Translations under genes and position numbers: made by a program
Shown here: piece after piece, positions 1 to 13,892 of the stretch
Layout: each line of letters begins with the position of its first letter
How positions within the stretch are numbered: position 1 is the stretch's first letter
NCBI GenBank assembly: GCA_964057225.1
Contig: OZ059900.1
Coordinates: 1,116,001-1,180,000, forward strand
DNA: 64,000 nt
From: Auanema rhodensis
Lineage: Eukaryota; Animalia; Nematoda
Reading direction: 5' to 3'
Notes under the pieces: model-generated
Seen by the model: the letters and a program-made list of their open reading frames with translations, nothing else
Told to the model about the DNA's origin: nothing
Database searches by the model: none

Positions 1-347
1 CATATTCGGTGAGATTCGAGAATCAAACACACAATACACGAAATAAGTTTATTTTTACGAGTTTGCACTGATATTTATTCATTTTGATCAAAAAAGGTCG
101 AAAATAGAAAGAATTTTTGAAATTTCCGAGTTTTGAGTCTAATTTGGCTAATTCGCTCATATATATGATCAAAAGCATAGTTTTATTGTCTATAACAACA
201 AAAGTCATCAATTAAACGCTAGTGATGTTTAAATACTGAATTTCACTCAAATAGCATTACTACACTAAGTATGGTCGTTTTTATGCCTTTAACACCATAT
301 ACACTGCGATTTTTGGTACAAAATCTGTAATACTTGTAAATTTTGAT
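1..347. repeat. Representative 347-bp monomer (phase arbitrary, set by window start)
   Basis: The next copy starts at 348. Hand count gives 51 C + 49 G of 347 (~29% GC). It has three TGATCA sites (85, 166, 345) and one GTAC. The 348-bp class differs by one extra C (AAATCACT vs AAATACT, near monomer position 234). Confidence 0.98.
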
Positions 348-3300
348 CATATTCGTTAAAATTCGAGAATCAAACACATAATACACGAAATAAGTCTATT
401 TTTATGAGTTTGCACTGATATTTATTCATTTTGATCAAAAAAGGTCGAAAATAGAAAGAATTTTTGAAATTTACGAGTTTTGAGTCTAATTGGGCTAAAT
501 CGCTCATATATATGATCAAAAGCATAGTTTTATTGTCTATGACAACAAAAGTCATCAATTAAACGCTAGTGATGTTTAAATACTGAATTTCGCTCAAATA
601 GCATTACTACACTAAGTATGGTCGTTTTTATGCCTTTAACACCATATACTCACCGATTTTTGGTACAAAATCTGTGATACTCGTAAATTTTGATCATATT
701 CGGTGAGATTCGAGAATCAAACACACAATACACGAAATAAGTTTATTTTTACGAGTTTGCACTGATATTTATTCATTTTGATCAAAAAAGGTCGAAAATA
801 GAAAGAATTTTTGAAATTTCCGAGTTTTGAGTCTAATTTGGCTAAATCGCTCATATATATGATCAAAAGCATAGTTTTATTGTCTATGACAACAAAAGTC
901 ATCAATTAAACGCTAGTGATGTTTAAATACTGAATTTCGCTCAAATAGCATTACTACACTAAGTATGGTCGTTTTTATGCCTTTAACACCATATACTCAC
1001 CGATTTTTGGTACAAAATCTGTAATACTTGTAAATTTTGATCATATTCGTTAAGATTCGAGAATCAAACACATAATACACGAAATAAGTCTATTTTTATG
1101 AGTTTGCACTGATATTTATTCATTTTGATCAAAAAAGGTCGAAAATAGAAAGAATTTTTGAAATTTCCGAGTTTTGAGTCTAATTTGGCTAAATCGCTCA
1201 TATATATGATCAAAAGCATAGTTTTATTGTCTATGACAACAAAAGTCATCAATTAAACGCTAGTGATGTTTAAATACTGAATTTCGCTCAAATAGCATTA
1301 CTACACTAAGTATGGTCGTTTTTATGCCTTTAACACCATATACTCACCGATTTTTGGTACAAAATCTGTGATACTCGTAAATTTTGATCATATTCGGTGA
1401 GATTCGAGAATCAAACACACAATACACGAAATAAGTTTATTTTTACGAGTTTGCACTGATATTTATTCATTTTGATCAAAAAAGGTCGAAAATAGAAAGA
1501 ATTTTTGAAATTTCCGAGTTTTGAGTCTAATTTGGCTAATTCGCTCATATATATGATCAAAAGCATAGTTTTATTGTCTATAACAACAAAAGTCATCAAT
1601 TAAACGCTAGTGATGTTTAAATACTGAATTTCACTCAAATAGCATTACTACACTAAGTATGGTCGTTTTTATGCCTTTAACACCATATACACTGCGATTT
1701 TTGGTACAAAATCTGTGATACTCGTAAATTTTGATCATATTCGGTGAGATTCGAGAATCAAACACACAATACACGAAATAAGTTTATTTTTACGAGTTTG
1801 CACTGATATTTATTCATTTTGATCAAAAAAGGTCGAAAATAGAAAGAATTTTTGAAATTTCCGAGTTTTGAGTCTAATTTGGCTAAATCGCTCATATATA
1901 TGATCAAAAGCATAGTTTTATTGTCTATGACAACAAAAGTCATCAATTAAACGCTAGTGATGTTTAAATACTGAATTTCGCTCAAATAGCATTACTACAC
2001 TAAGTATGGTCGTTTTTATGCCTTTAACACCATATACTCACCGATTTTTGGTACAAAATCTGTAATACTTGTAAATTTTGATCATATTCGTTAAAATTCG
2101 AGAATCAAACACATAATACACGAAATAAGTCTATTTTTATGAGTTTGCACTGATATTTATTCATTTTGATCAAAAAAGGTCGAAAATAGAAAGAATTTTT
2201 GAAATTTCCGAGTTTTGAGTCTAATTTGGCTAAATCGCTCATATATATGATCAAAAGCATAGTTTTATTGTCTATGACAACAAAAGTCATCAATTAAACG
2301 CTAGTGATGTTTAAATACTGAATTTCGCTCAAATAGCATTACTACACTAAGTATGGTCGTTTTTATGCCTTTAACACCATATACTCACCGATTTTTGGTA
2401 CAAAATCTGTAATACTTGTAAATTTTGATCATATTCGTTAAGATTCGAGAATGAAACACATAATACACGAAATAAGTCTATTTTTATGAGTTTGCACTGA
2501 TATTTATTCATTTTGATCAAAAAAGGTCGAAAATAGAAAGAATTTTTGAAATTTCCGAGTTTTGAGTCTAATTTGGCTAAATCGCTCATATATATGATCA
2601 GAAGCATAGTTTTATTGTCTACGACAACGAAAATCATCAATTAAACGCTAGTGATGTTTAAATACTGATTTTCGCTCAAATAGCATTACTACACTAAGTA
2701 TGGTCGTTTTTATGCCTTTAACACCATATACTCACCGATTTTTGGTACAAAATCTGTAATACTTGTAAATTTTGATCATATTCGTTAAGATTTGAGAATC
2801 AAACATACAATACACAAAATCAGTCTATTTTTATGAGCTTGCACTGATATATATTCATTTTGATCAAAAAAGGTCGAAAATAGAAAGAATTTTTGAAATT
2901 TCCGAGTTTTGAGTCTAATTTGGCTAAATCGCTCATATATATGATCAGAAGCATAGTTTTATTGTCTATGACAACAAAAATCATCAATTAAACGCTAGTG
3001 ATGTTTAAATACTGATTTTCGCTCAAATAGCATTACTACACTAAGTATGGTCGTTTTTATGCCTTTAACACCATATACTCACCGATTTTTGGTACAAAAT
3101 CTGTAATACTTGTAAATTTTGATCATATTCGTTAAGATTCGAGAATCAAACACATAATACACGAAATAAGTCTATTTTTACAAGTTTGCACTGATATTTA
3201 TTCATTTTGATCAAAAAAGGTCGAAAATAGAAAGAATTTTTGAAATTTCCGAGTTTTGAGTCCAATTGGGCTAAATCGCTCATATATATGATCAAAAGCA

Positions 3301-6300
3301 TAGTTTTACTGTCTATGATAACAAAAGTCTTCAAATATACACTAGTAATGATTAAATCACTGAATTTCACTCGAATAGCATTACTACACTAAGTATGGTC
3401 GTTTTTATGCCTTTAACACCATATACTCACCGATTTTTGGTACAAAATCTGTAATACTTGTAAATTTCGATCATATTCGTTAAGATTTGAGAATCAAACA
3501 CATAATACACGAAATAAGTCTATTTTTACAAGTTTGCACTGATATTTATTCATTTTGATCAAAAAAGGTCGAAAATAGAAAGAATTTTTGAAATTTCCGA
3601 GTTTTGAGTCCAATTTGGCTAAATCGCTCATATATATGATCAAAAGCATAGTTCTATTGTCTATAACAACAAAAGTCTTCAATTAAACGCTAGTGATGTT
3701 TTAATACTGAATTTCGCTCAAATAGCATTACTACACTAAGTATGGTCGTTTTTATGCCTTTAACACCATATACTCACCGATTTTTGGTACAAAATCTGTA
3801 ATACTCGTAAATTTTGATCATATTCGTTAAGATTTGAGAATCAAACATACAATACACGAAATCAGTCTATTTTTATGAGCTTGCACTGATATATATTCAT
3901 TTTGATCAAAAAAGGTCGAAAATAGAAAGAATTTTTGAAATTTACGAGTTTTGAGTCTAATTTGGCTAAATCGCTCATATATATGATCAGAAGCATAGTT
4001 TTATTGTCTATGACAACAAAAGTCATTAATTAAACACTAATAATGTTTAAATCACTAAATTTCGCTCAAATAGCATTACTACACTAAGTATTGTCGTTTT
4101 TATGCCTTTAACACCATATACTCACCGATTTTTGGTACAAAATCTGTAATACTTGTAAATTTTGATCATATTCGTTAAGATTTGAGAATCAAACACATAA
4201 TACACGAAATAAGTCTATTTTTATGAGTTTGCACTGATATTTATTCATTTTGATCAAAAAAGGTCGAAAATAGAAAGAATTTTTGAAATTACCGAGTTTT
4301 GAGTCTAATTTGGCTAAATCGCTCATATATATGATCAGAAGCATAGTTTTATTGTCTATGACAACAAAAATCATCAATTAAACGCTAGTGATGTTTAAAT
4401 ACTGATTTTCGCTCAAATAGCATTACTACACTAAGTATGGTCGTTTTTATGCCTTTAACACCATATACTCACCGATTTTTGGTACAAAATCTGTAATACT
4501 TGTAAATTTTGATCATATTCGTTAAGATTTGAGAATCAAACATACAATACACAAAATCAGTCTATTTTTATGAGCTTGCACTGATATATATTCATTTTGA
4601 TCAAAAAAGGTCGAAAATAGAAAGAATTTTTGAAATTTCCGAGTTTTGAGTCTAATTTGGCTAAATCGCTCATATATATGATCAGAAGCATAGTTTTATT
4701 GTCTATGACAACAAAAATCATCAATTAAACGCTAGTGATGTTTAAATACTGATTTTCGCTCAAATAGCATTACTACACTAAGTATGGTCGTTTTTATGCC
4801 TTTAACACCATATACTCACCGATTTTTGGTACAAAATCTGTAATACTTGTAAATTTTGATCATATTCGTTAAGATTCGAGAATCAAACACATAATACACG
4901 AAATAAGTCTATTTTTACAAGTTTGCACTGATATTTATTCATTTTGATCAAAAAAGATCGAAAATAGAAAGAATTTTTGAAATTTCCGAGTTTTGAGTCC
5001 AATTTGGCTAAATCGCTCATATATATGATCAAAAGCATAGTTTTATTGTCTATAACAACAAAAGTCATCAATTAAACGCTAGTGATGTTTAAATACTGAA
5101 TTTCACTCAAATAGCATTACTACACTAAGTATGGTCGTTTTTATGCCTTTAACACCATATACTCACCGATTTTTGGTACAAAATCTGTGATACTCGTAAA
5201 TTTTGATCATATTCGGTGAGATTCGAGAATCAAACACACAATACACGAAATAAGTTTATTTTTACGAGTTTGCACTGATATTTATTCATTTTGATCAAAA
5301 AAGGTCGAAAATAGAAAGAATTTTTGAAATTTCCGAGTTTTGAGTCTAATTTGGCTAAATCGCTCATATATATGATCAGAAGCATAGTTTTATTGTCTAT
5401 GACAACAAAAATCATCAATTAAACGCTAGTGATGTTTAAATACTGATTTTCGCTCAAATAGCATTACTACACTAAGTATGGTCGTTTTTATGCCTTTAAC
5501 ACCATATACTCACCGATTTTTGGTACAAAATCTGTAATACTTGTAAATTTTGATCATATTCGTTAAGATTCGAGAATCAAACACATAATACACGAAATAA
5601 GTCTATTTTTACAAGTTTGCACTGATATTTATTCATTTTGATCAAAAAAGATCGAAAATAGAAAGAATTTTTGAAATTTCCGAGTTTTGAGTCCAATTTG
5701 GCTAAATCGCTCATATATATGATCAAAAGCATAGTTTTATTGTCTATAACAACAAAAGTCATCAATTAAACGCTAGTGATGTTTAAATACTGAATTTCAC
5801 TCAAATAGCATTACTACACTAAGTATGGTCGTTTTTATGCCTTTAACACCATATACTCACCGATTTTTGGTACAAAATCTGTGATACTCGTAAATTTTGA
5901 TCATATTCGGTGAGATTCGAGAATCAAACACACAATACACGAAATAAGTTTATTTTTACGAGTTTGCACTGATATTTATTCATTTTGATCAAAAAAGGTC
6001 GAAAATAGAAAGAATTTTTGAAATTTCCGAGTTTTGAGTCTAATTTGGCTAAATCGCTCATATATATGATCAAAAGCATAGTTTTATTGTCTATGACAAC
6101 AAAAGTCATCAATTAAACGCTAGTGATGTTTAAATACTGAATTTCGCTCAAATAGCATTACTACACTAAGTATGGTCGTTTTTATGCCTTTAACACCATA
6201 TACTCACCGATTTTTGGTACAAAATCTGTAATACTCGTAAATTTTGATCATATTCGTTAAGATTTGAGAATCAAACATACAATACACAAAATCAGTCTAT

Positions 6301-7637
6301 TTTTATGAGCTTGCACTGATATATATTCATTTTGATCAAAAAAGGTCGAAAATAGAAAGAATTTTTGAAATTTACGAGTTTTGAGTCCAATTGGGCTAAA
6401 TCGCTCATATATATGATCAAAAGCATAGTTTTATTGTCTATGACAACAAAAGTCATTAATTAAACACTAATAATGTTTAAATCACTAAATTTCGCTCAAA
6501 TAGCATTACTACACTAAGTATTGTCGTTTTTATGCCTTTAACACCATATACTCACCGATTTTTGGTACAAAATCTGTAATACTTGTAAATTTTGATCATA
6601 TTCGTTAAGATTTGAGAATCAAACACATAATACACGAAATAAGTCTATTTTTATGAGTTTGCACTGATATTTATTCATTTTGATCAAAAAAGGTCGAAAA
6701 TAGAAAGAATTTTTGAAATTACCGAGTTTTGAGTCTAATTTGGCTAAATCGCTCATATATATGATCAGAAGCATAGTTTTATTGTCTATGACAACAAAAA
6801 TCATCAATTAAACGCTAGTGATGTTTAAATACTGATTTTCGCTCAAATAGCATTACTACACTAAGTATGGTCGTTTTTATGCCTTTAACACCATATACTC
6901 ACCGATTTTTGGTACAAAATCTGTAATACTTGTAAATTTTAATCATATTCGTTAAGATTTGAGAATCAAACATACAATACACAAAATCAGTCTATTTTTA
7001 TGAGCTTGCACTGATATATATTCATTTTGATCAAAAAAGGTCGAAAATAGAAAGAATTTTTGAAATTTCCGAGTTTTGAGTCTAATTTGGCTAAATCGCT
7101 CATATATATGATCAGAAGCATAGTTTTATTGTCTATGACAACAAAAATCATCAATTAAACGCTAGTGATGTTTAAATACTGATTTTCGCTCAAATAGCAT
7201 TACTACACTAAGTATGGTCGTTTTTATGCCTTTAACACCATATACTCACCGATTTTTGGTACAAAATCTGTAATACTTGTAAATTTTAATCATATTCGTT
7301 AAGATTTGAGAATCAAACATACAATACACAAAATCAGTCTATTTTTATGAGCTTGCACTGATATATATTCATTTTGATCAAAAAAGGTCGAAAATAGAAA
7401 GAATTTTTGAAATTTCCGAGTTTTGAGTCTAATTTGGCTAAATCGCTCATATATATGATCAGAAGCATAGTTTTATTGTCTATGACAACAAAAATCATCA
7501 ATTAAACGCTAGTGATGTTTAAATACTGATTTTCGCTCAAATAGCATTACTACACTAAGTATGGTCGTTTTTATGCCTTTAACACCATATACTCACCGAT
7601 TTTTGGTACAAAATCTGTAATACTTGTAAATTTTGAT

Positions 7638-10600
7638 CATTTTCGTTAAGATTCGAGAATCAAACACATAATACACGAAATAAGTCTATTTTTACAAGTT
7701 TGCACTGATATTTATTCATTTTGATCAAAAAAGATCGAAAATAGAAAGAATTTTTGAAATTTCCGAGTTTTGAGTCCAATTTGGCTAAATCGCTCATATA
7801 TATGATCAAAAGCATAGTTTTATTGTCTATAACAACAAAAGTCATCAATTAAACGCTAGTGATGTTTAAATACTGAATTTCACTCAAATAGCATTACTAC
7901 ACTAAGTATGGTCGTTTTTATGCCTTTAACACCATATACTCACCGATTTTTGGTACAAAATCTGTGATACTCGTAAATTTTGATCATATTCGGTGAGATT
8001 CGAGAATCAAACACACAATACACGAAATAAGTTTATTTTTACGAGTTTGCACTGATATTTATTCATTTTGATCAAAAAAGGTCGAAAATAGAAAGAATTT
8101 TTGAAATTTCCGAGTTTTGAGTCTAATTTGGCTAAATCGCTCATATATATGATCAAAAGCATAGTTTTATTGTCTATGACAACAAAAGTCATCAATTAAA
8201 CGCTAGTGATGTTTAAATACTGAATTTCGCTCAAATAGCATTACTACACTAAGTATGGTCGTTTTTATGCCTTTAACACCATATACTCACCGATTTTTGG
8301 TACAAAATCTGTAATACTCGTAAATTTTGATCATATTCGTTAAGATTTGAGAATCAAACATACAATACACAAAATCAGTCTATTTTTATGAGCTTGCACT
8401 GATATATATTCATTTTGATCAAAAAAGGTCGAAAATAGAAAGAATTTTTGAAATTTACGAGTTTTGAGTCCAATTGGGCTAAATCGCTCATATATATGAT
8501 CAAAAGCATAGTTTTACTGTCTATGATAACAAAAGTCTTCAAATATACACTAATAATGTGTAAATCACTGAATTTCACTCAAATAGCTTTACTACACTAA
8601 GTATGGTCGTTTTTATGCCTTTAACACCATATACTCACCGATTTTTGGTACAAAATCTGTAATACTCGTAAATTTTGATCATATTCGTTAAGATTTGAGA
8701 ATCAAACATACAATACACAAAATCAGTCTATTTTTATGAGCTTGCACTGATATATATTCATTTTGATCAAAAAAGGTCGAAAATAGAAAGAATTTTTGAA
8801 ATTTCCGAGTTTTGAGTCTAATTTGGCTAAATCGCTCATATATATGATCAGAAGCATAGTTTTATTGTCTATGACAACAAAAGTCATTAATTAAACACTA
8901 ATGATGTTCAAATCACTAAATTTCGCTCAAATAGCATTACTACACTAAGTATGGTCGTTTTTATGCCTTTAACACCATATACTCACCGATTTTTGGTACA
9001 AAATCTGTAATACTTGTAAATTTTGATCATATTCGTTAAGATTCGAGAATCAAACACATAATACACGAAATAAGTCTATTTTTATGAGTTTGCACTGATA
9101 TTTATTCATTTTGATCAAAAAAGGTCGAAAATAGAAAGAATTTTTGAAATTTCCGAGTTTTGAGTCTAATTTGGCTAAATCGCTCATATATATGATCAAA
9201 AGCATAGTTTTACTGTCTATGATAACAAAAGTCTTCAAATATACACTAATAATGTGTAAATCACTGAATTTCACTCAAATAGCTTTACTACACTAAGTAT
9301 GGTCGTTTTTATGCCTTTAACACCATATACTCACCGATTTTTGGTACAAAATCTGTAATACTTGTAAATTTTGATCATATTCGTTAAGATTCGAGAATCA
9401 AACACATAATACACGAAATAAGTCTATTTTTATGAGTTTGCACTGATATTTATTCATTTTGATCAAAAAAGGTCGAAAATAGAAAGAATTTTTGAATTTT
9501 CCGAGTTTTGAGTCCAATTGGGCTAAATCGCTCATATATATGATCAAAAGCATAGTTTTACTGTCTATGATAACAAAAGTCTTCAAATATACACTAATAA
9601 TGTGTAAATCACTGAATTTCACTCAAATAGCTTTACTACACTAAGTATGGTCGTTTTTATGCCTTTAACACCATATACTCACCGATTTTTGGTACAAAAT
9701 CTGTAATACTCGTAAATTTTGATCATATTCGTTAAGATTTGAGAATCAAACATACAATACACAAAATCAGTCTATTTTTATGAGCTTGCACTGATATATA
9801 TTCATTTTGATCAAAAAAGGTCGAAAATAGAAAGAATTTTTGAAATTTCCGAGTTTTGAGTCTAATTTGGCTAAATCGCTCATATATATGATCAGAAGCA
9901 TAGTTTTATTGTCTATGACAACAAAAATCATCAATTAAACGCTAGTGATGTTTAAATACTGATTTTCGCTCAAATAGCATTACTACACTAAGTATGGTCG
10001 TTTTTATGCCTTTAACACCATATACTCACCGATTTTTGGTACAAAATCTGTAATACTTGTAAATTTTGATCATTTTCGTTAAGATTCGAGAATCAAACAC
10101 ATAATACACGAAATAAGTCTATTTTTACAAGTTTGCACTGATATTTATTCATTTTGATCAAAAAAGATCGAAAATAGAAAGAATTTTTGAAATTTCCGAG
10201 TTTTGAGTCCAATTTGGCTAAATCGCTCATATATATGATCAAAAGCATAGTTTTATTGTCTATAACAACAAAAGTCATCAATTAAACGCTAGTGATGTTT
10301 AAATACTGAATTTCACTCAAATAGCATTACTACACTAAGTATGGTCGTTTTTATGCCTTTAACACCATATACTCACCGATTTTTGGTACAAAATCTGTGA
10401 TACTCGTAAATTTTGATCATATTCGGTGAGATTCGAGAATCAAACACACAATACACGAAATAAGTTTATTTTTACGAGTTTGCACTGATATTTATTCATT
10501 TTGATCAAAAAAGGTCGAAAATAGAAAGAATTTTTGAAATTTCCGAGTTTTGAGTCTAATTTGGCTAAATCGCTCATATATATGATCAAAAGCATAGTTT

Positions 10601-12503
10601 TATTGTCTATGACAACAAAAGTCATCAATTAAACGCTAGTGATGTTTAAATACTGAATTTCGCTCAAATAGCATTACTACACTAAGTATGGTCGTTTTTA
10701 TGCCTTTAACACCATATACTCACCGATTTTTGGTACAAAATCTGTAATACTCGTAAATTTTGATCATATTCGTTAAGATTTGAGAATCAAACATACAATA
10801 CACAAAATCAGTCTATTTTTATGAGCTTGCACTGATATATATTCATTTTGATCAAAAAAGGTCGAAAATAGAAAGAATTTTTGAAATTTACGAGTTTTGA
10901 GTCCAATTGGGCTAAATCGCTCATATATATGATCAAAAGCATAGTTTTACTGTCTATGATAACAAAAGTCTTCAAATATACACTAATAATGTGTAAATCA
11001 CTGAATTTCACTCAAATAGCTTTACTACACTAAGTATGGTCGTTTTTATGCCTTTAACACCATATACTCACCGATTTTTGGTACAAAATCTGTAATACTC
11101 GTAAATTTTGATCATATTCGTTAAGATTTGAGAATCAAACATACAATACACAAAATCAGTCTATTTTTATGAGCTTGCACTGATATATATTCATTTTGAT
11201 CAAAAAAGGTCGAAAATAGAAAGAATTTTTGAAATTTCCGAGTTTTGAGTCTAATTTGGCTAAATCGCTCATATATATGATCAGAAGCATAGTTTTATTG
11301 TCTATGACAACAAAAGTCATTAATTAAACACTAATGATGTTCAAATCACTAAATTTCGCTCAAATAGCATTACTACACTAAGTATGGTCGTTTTTATGCC
11401 TTTAACACCATATACTCACCGATTTTTGGTACAAAATCTGTAATACTTGTAAATTTTGATCATATTCGTTAAGATTCGAGAATCAAACACATAATACACG
11501 AAATAAGTCTATTTTTATGAGTTTGCACTGATATTTATTCATTTTGATCAAAAAAGGTCGAAAATAGAAAGAATTTTTGAAATTTCCGAGTTTTGAGTCT
11601 AATTTGGCTAAATCGCTCATATATATGATCAAAAGCATAGTTTTACTGTCTATGATAACAAAAGTCTTCAAATATACACTAATAATGTGTAAATCACTGA
11701 ATTTCACTCAAATAGCTTTACTACACTAAGTATGGTCGTTTTTATGCCTTTAACACCATATACTCACCGATTTTTGGTACAAAATCTGTAATACTTGTAA
11801 ATTTTGATCATATTCGTTAAGATTCGAGAATCAAACACATAATACACGAAATAAGTCTATTTTTATGAGTTTGCACTGATATTTATTCATTTTGATCAAA
11901 AAAGGTCGAAAATAGAAAGAATTTTTGAATTTTCCGAGTTTTGAGTCCAATTGGGCTAAATCGCTCATATATATGATCAAAAGCATAGTTTTACTGTCTA
12001 TGATAACAAAAGTCTTCAAATATACACTAATAATGTGTAAATCACTGAATTTCACTCAAATAGCTTTACTACACTAAGTATGGTCGTGTTTATGCCTTTA
12101 ACACCATATACTCACCGATTTTTGGTACAAAATCTGTAATACTCGTAAATTTTGATCATATTCGTTAAGATTTGAGAATCAAACATACAATACACAAAAT
12201 CAGTCTATTTTTATGAGCTTGCACTGATATATATTCATTTTGATCAAAAAAGGTCAAAAATAGAAAGAAGTTTTGAAATTTCCGAGTTTTGAGTCTAATT
12301 TGGCTAAATCGCTCATATATATGATCAGAAGCATAGTTTTATTGTCTATGACAACAAAAATCATCAATTAAACGCTAGTGATGTTTAAATACTGATTTTC
12401 GCTCAAATAGCATTACTACACTAAGTATGGTCGTTTTTATGCCTTTAACACCATATACTCACCGATTTTTGGTACAAAATCTGTAATACTTGTAAATTTT
12501 GAT
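7638..12503. repeat. 7-mer higher-order repeat (2433 bp), two complete tandem copies plus the start of a third
   Basis: ORF-track variants repeat at exactly +2433 (7660/10093/12526, 8007/10440/12873, 8375/10808, 9050/11483, 9398/11831); 2433 = 4x348 + 3x347. Confidence 0.93.
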
Positions 12504-13892
12504 CATATTCGTTAAGATTCGAGAATCAAACACATAATACACGAAATAAGTCTATTTTTACAAGTTTGCACTGATATTTATTCATTTTGATCAAAAAAGA
12601 TCGAAAATAGAAAGAATTTTTGAAATTTCCGAGTTTTGAGTCCAATTTGGCTAAATCGCTCATATATATGATCAAAGGCATAGTTTTATTGTCTATAACA
12701 ACAAAAGTCATCAATTAAACGCTAGTGATGTTTAAATACTGAATTTCACTCAAATAGCATTACTACACTAAGTATGGTCGTTTTTATGCCTTTAACACCA
12801 TATACTCACCGATTTTTGGTACAAAATCTGTGATACTCGTAAATTTTGATCATATTCGGTGAGATTCGAGAATCAAACACACAATACACGAAATGAGTTT
12901 ATTTTTACGAGTTTGCACTGATATTTATTCATTTTGATCAAAAAAGGTCGAAAATAGAAAGAATTTTTGAAATTTCCGAGTTTTGAGTCTAATTTGGCTA
13001 AATCGCTCATATATATGATCAAAAGCATAGTTTTATTGTCTATGACAACAAAAGTCATCAATTAAACGCTAGTGATGTTTAAATACTGAATTTCGCTCAA
13101 ATAGCATTACTACACTAAGTATGGTCGTTTTTATGCCTTTAACACCATATACTCACCGATTTTTGGTACAAAATCTGTAATACTCGTAAATTTTGATCAT
13201 ATTCGTTAAGATTTGAGAATCAAACATACAATACACAAAATCAGTCTATTTTTATGAGCTTGCACTGATATATATTCATTTTGATCAAAAAAGGTCGAAA
13301 ATAGAAAGAATTTTTGAAATTTACGAGTTTTGAGTCCAATTGGGCTAAATCGCTCATATATATGATCAAAAGCATAGTTTTATTGTCTATGACAACAAAA
13401 GTCATTAATTAAACACTAATAATGTTTAAATCACTAAATTTCGCTCAAATAGCATTACTACACTAAGTATTGTCGTTTTTATGCCTTTAACACCATATAC
13501 TCACCGATTTTTGGTACAAAATCTGTAATACTTGTAAATTTTGATCATATTCGTTAAGATTTGAGAATCAAACACATAATACACGAAATAAGTCTATTTT
13601 TATGAGTTTGCACTGATATTTATTCATTTTGATCAAAAAAGGTCGAAAATAGAAAGAATTTTTGAAATTACCGAGTTTTGAGTCTAATTTGGCTAAATCG
13701 CTCATATATATGATCAGAAGCATAGTTTTATTGTCTATGACAACAAAAATCATCAATTAAACGCTAGTGATGTTTAAATACTGATTTTCGCTCAAATAGC
13801 ATTACTACACTAAGTATGGTCGTTTTTATGCCTTTAACACCATATACTCACCGATTTTTGGTACAAAATCTGTAATACTTGTAAATTTTGAT

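Noticed and set aside
1-347. 5S rDNA, tRNA, snRNA or spliced-leader tandem gene unit
   Set aside because: The unit size is compatible, but I see no ~120-bp GC-richer 5S sequence, A/B/C boxes or cloverleaf. An Rfam/Infernal scan would settle it.
1-347. Four-fold ~87-bp sub-repeat suggested by TGATCA spacing
   Set aside because: Spacings are irregular (87, 81, ~79, ~100) and internal motifs are not colinear; the two-subunit model fits better.
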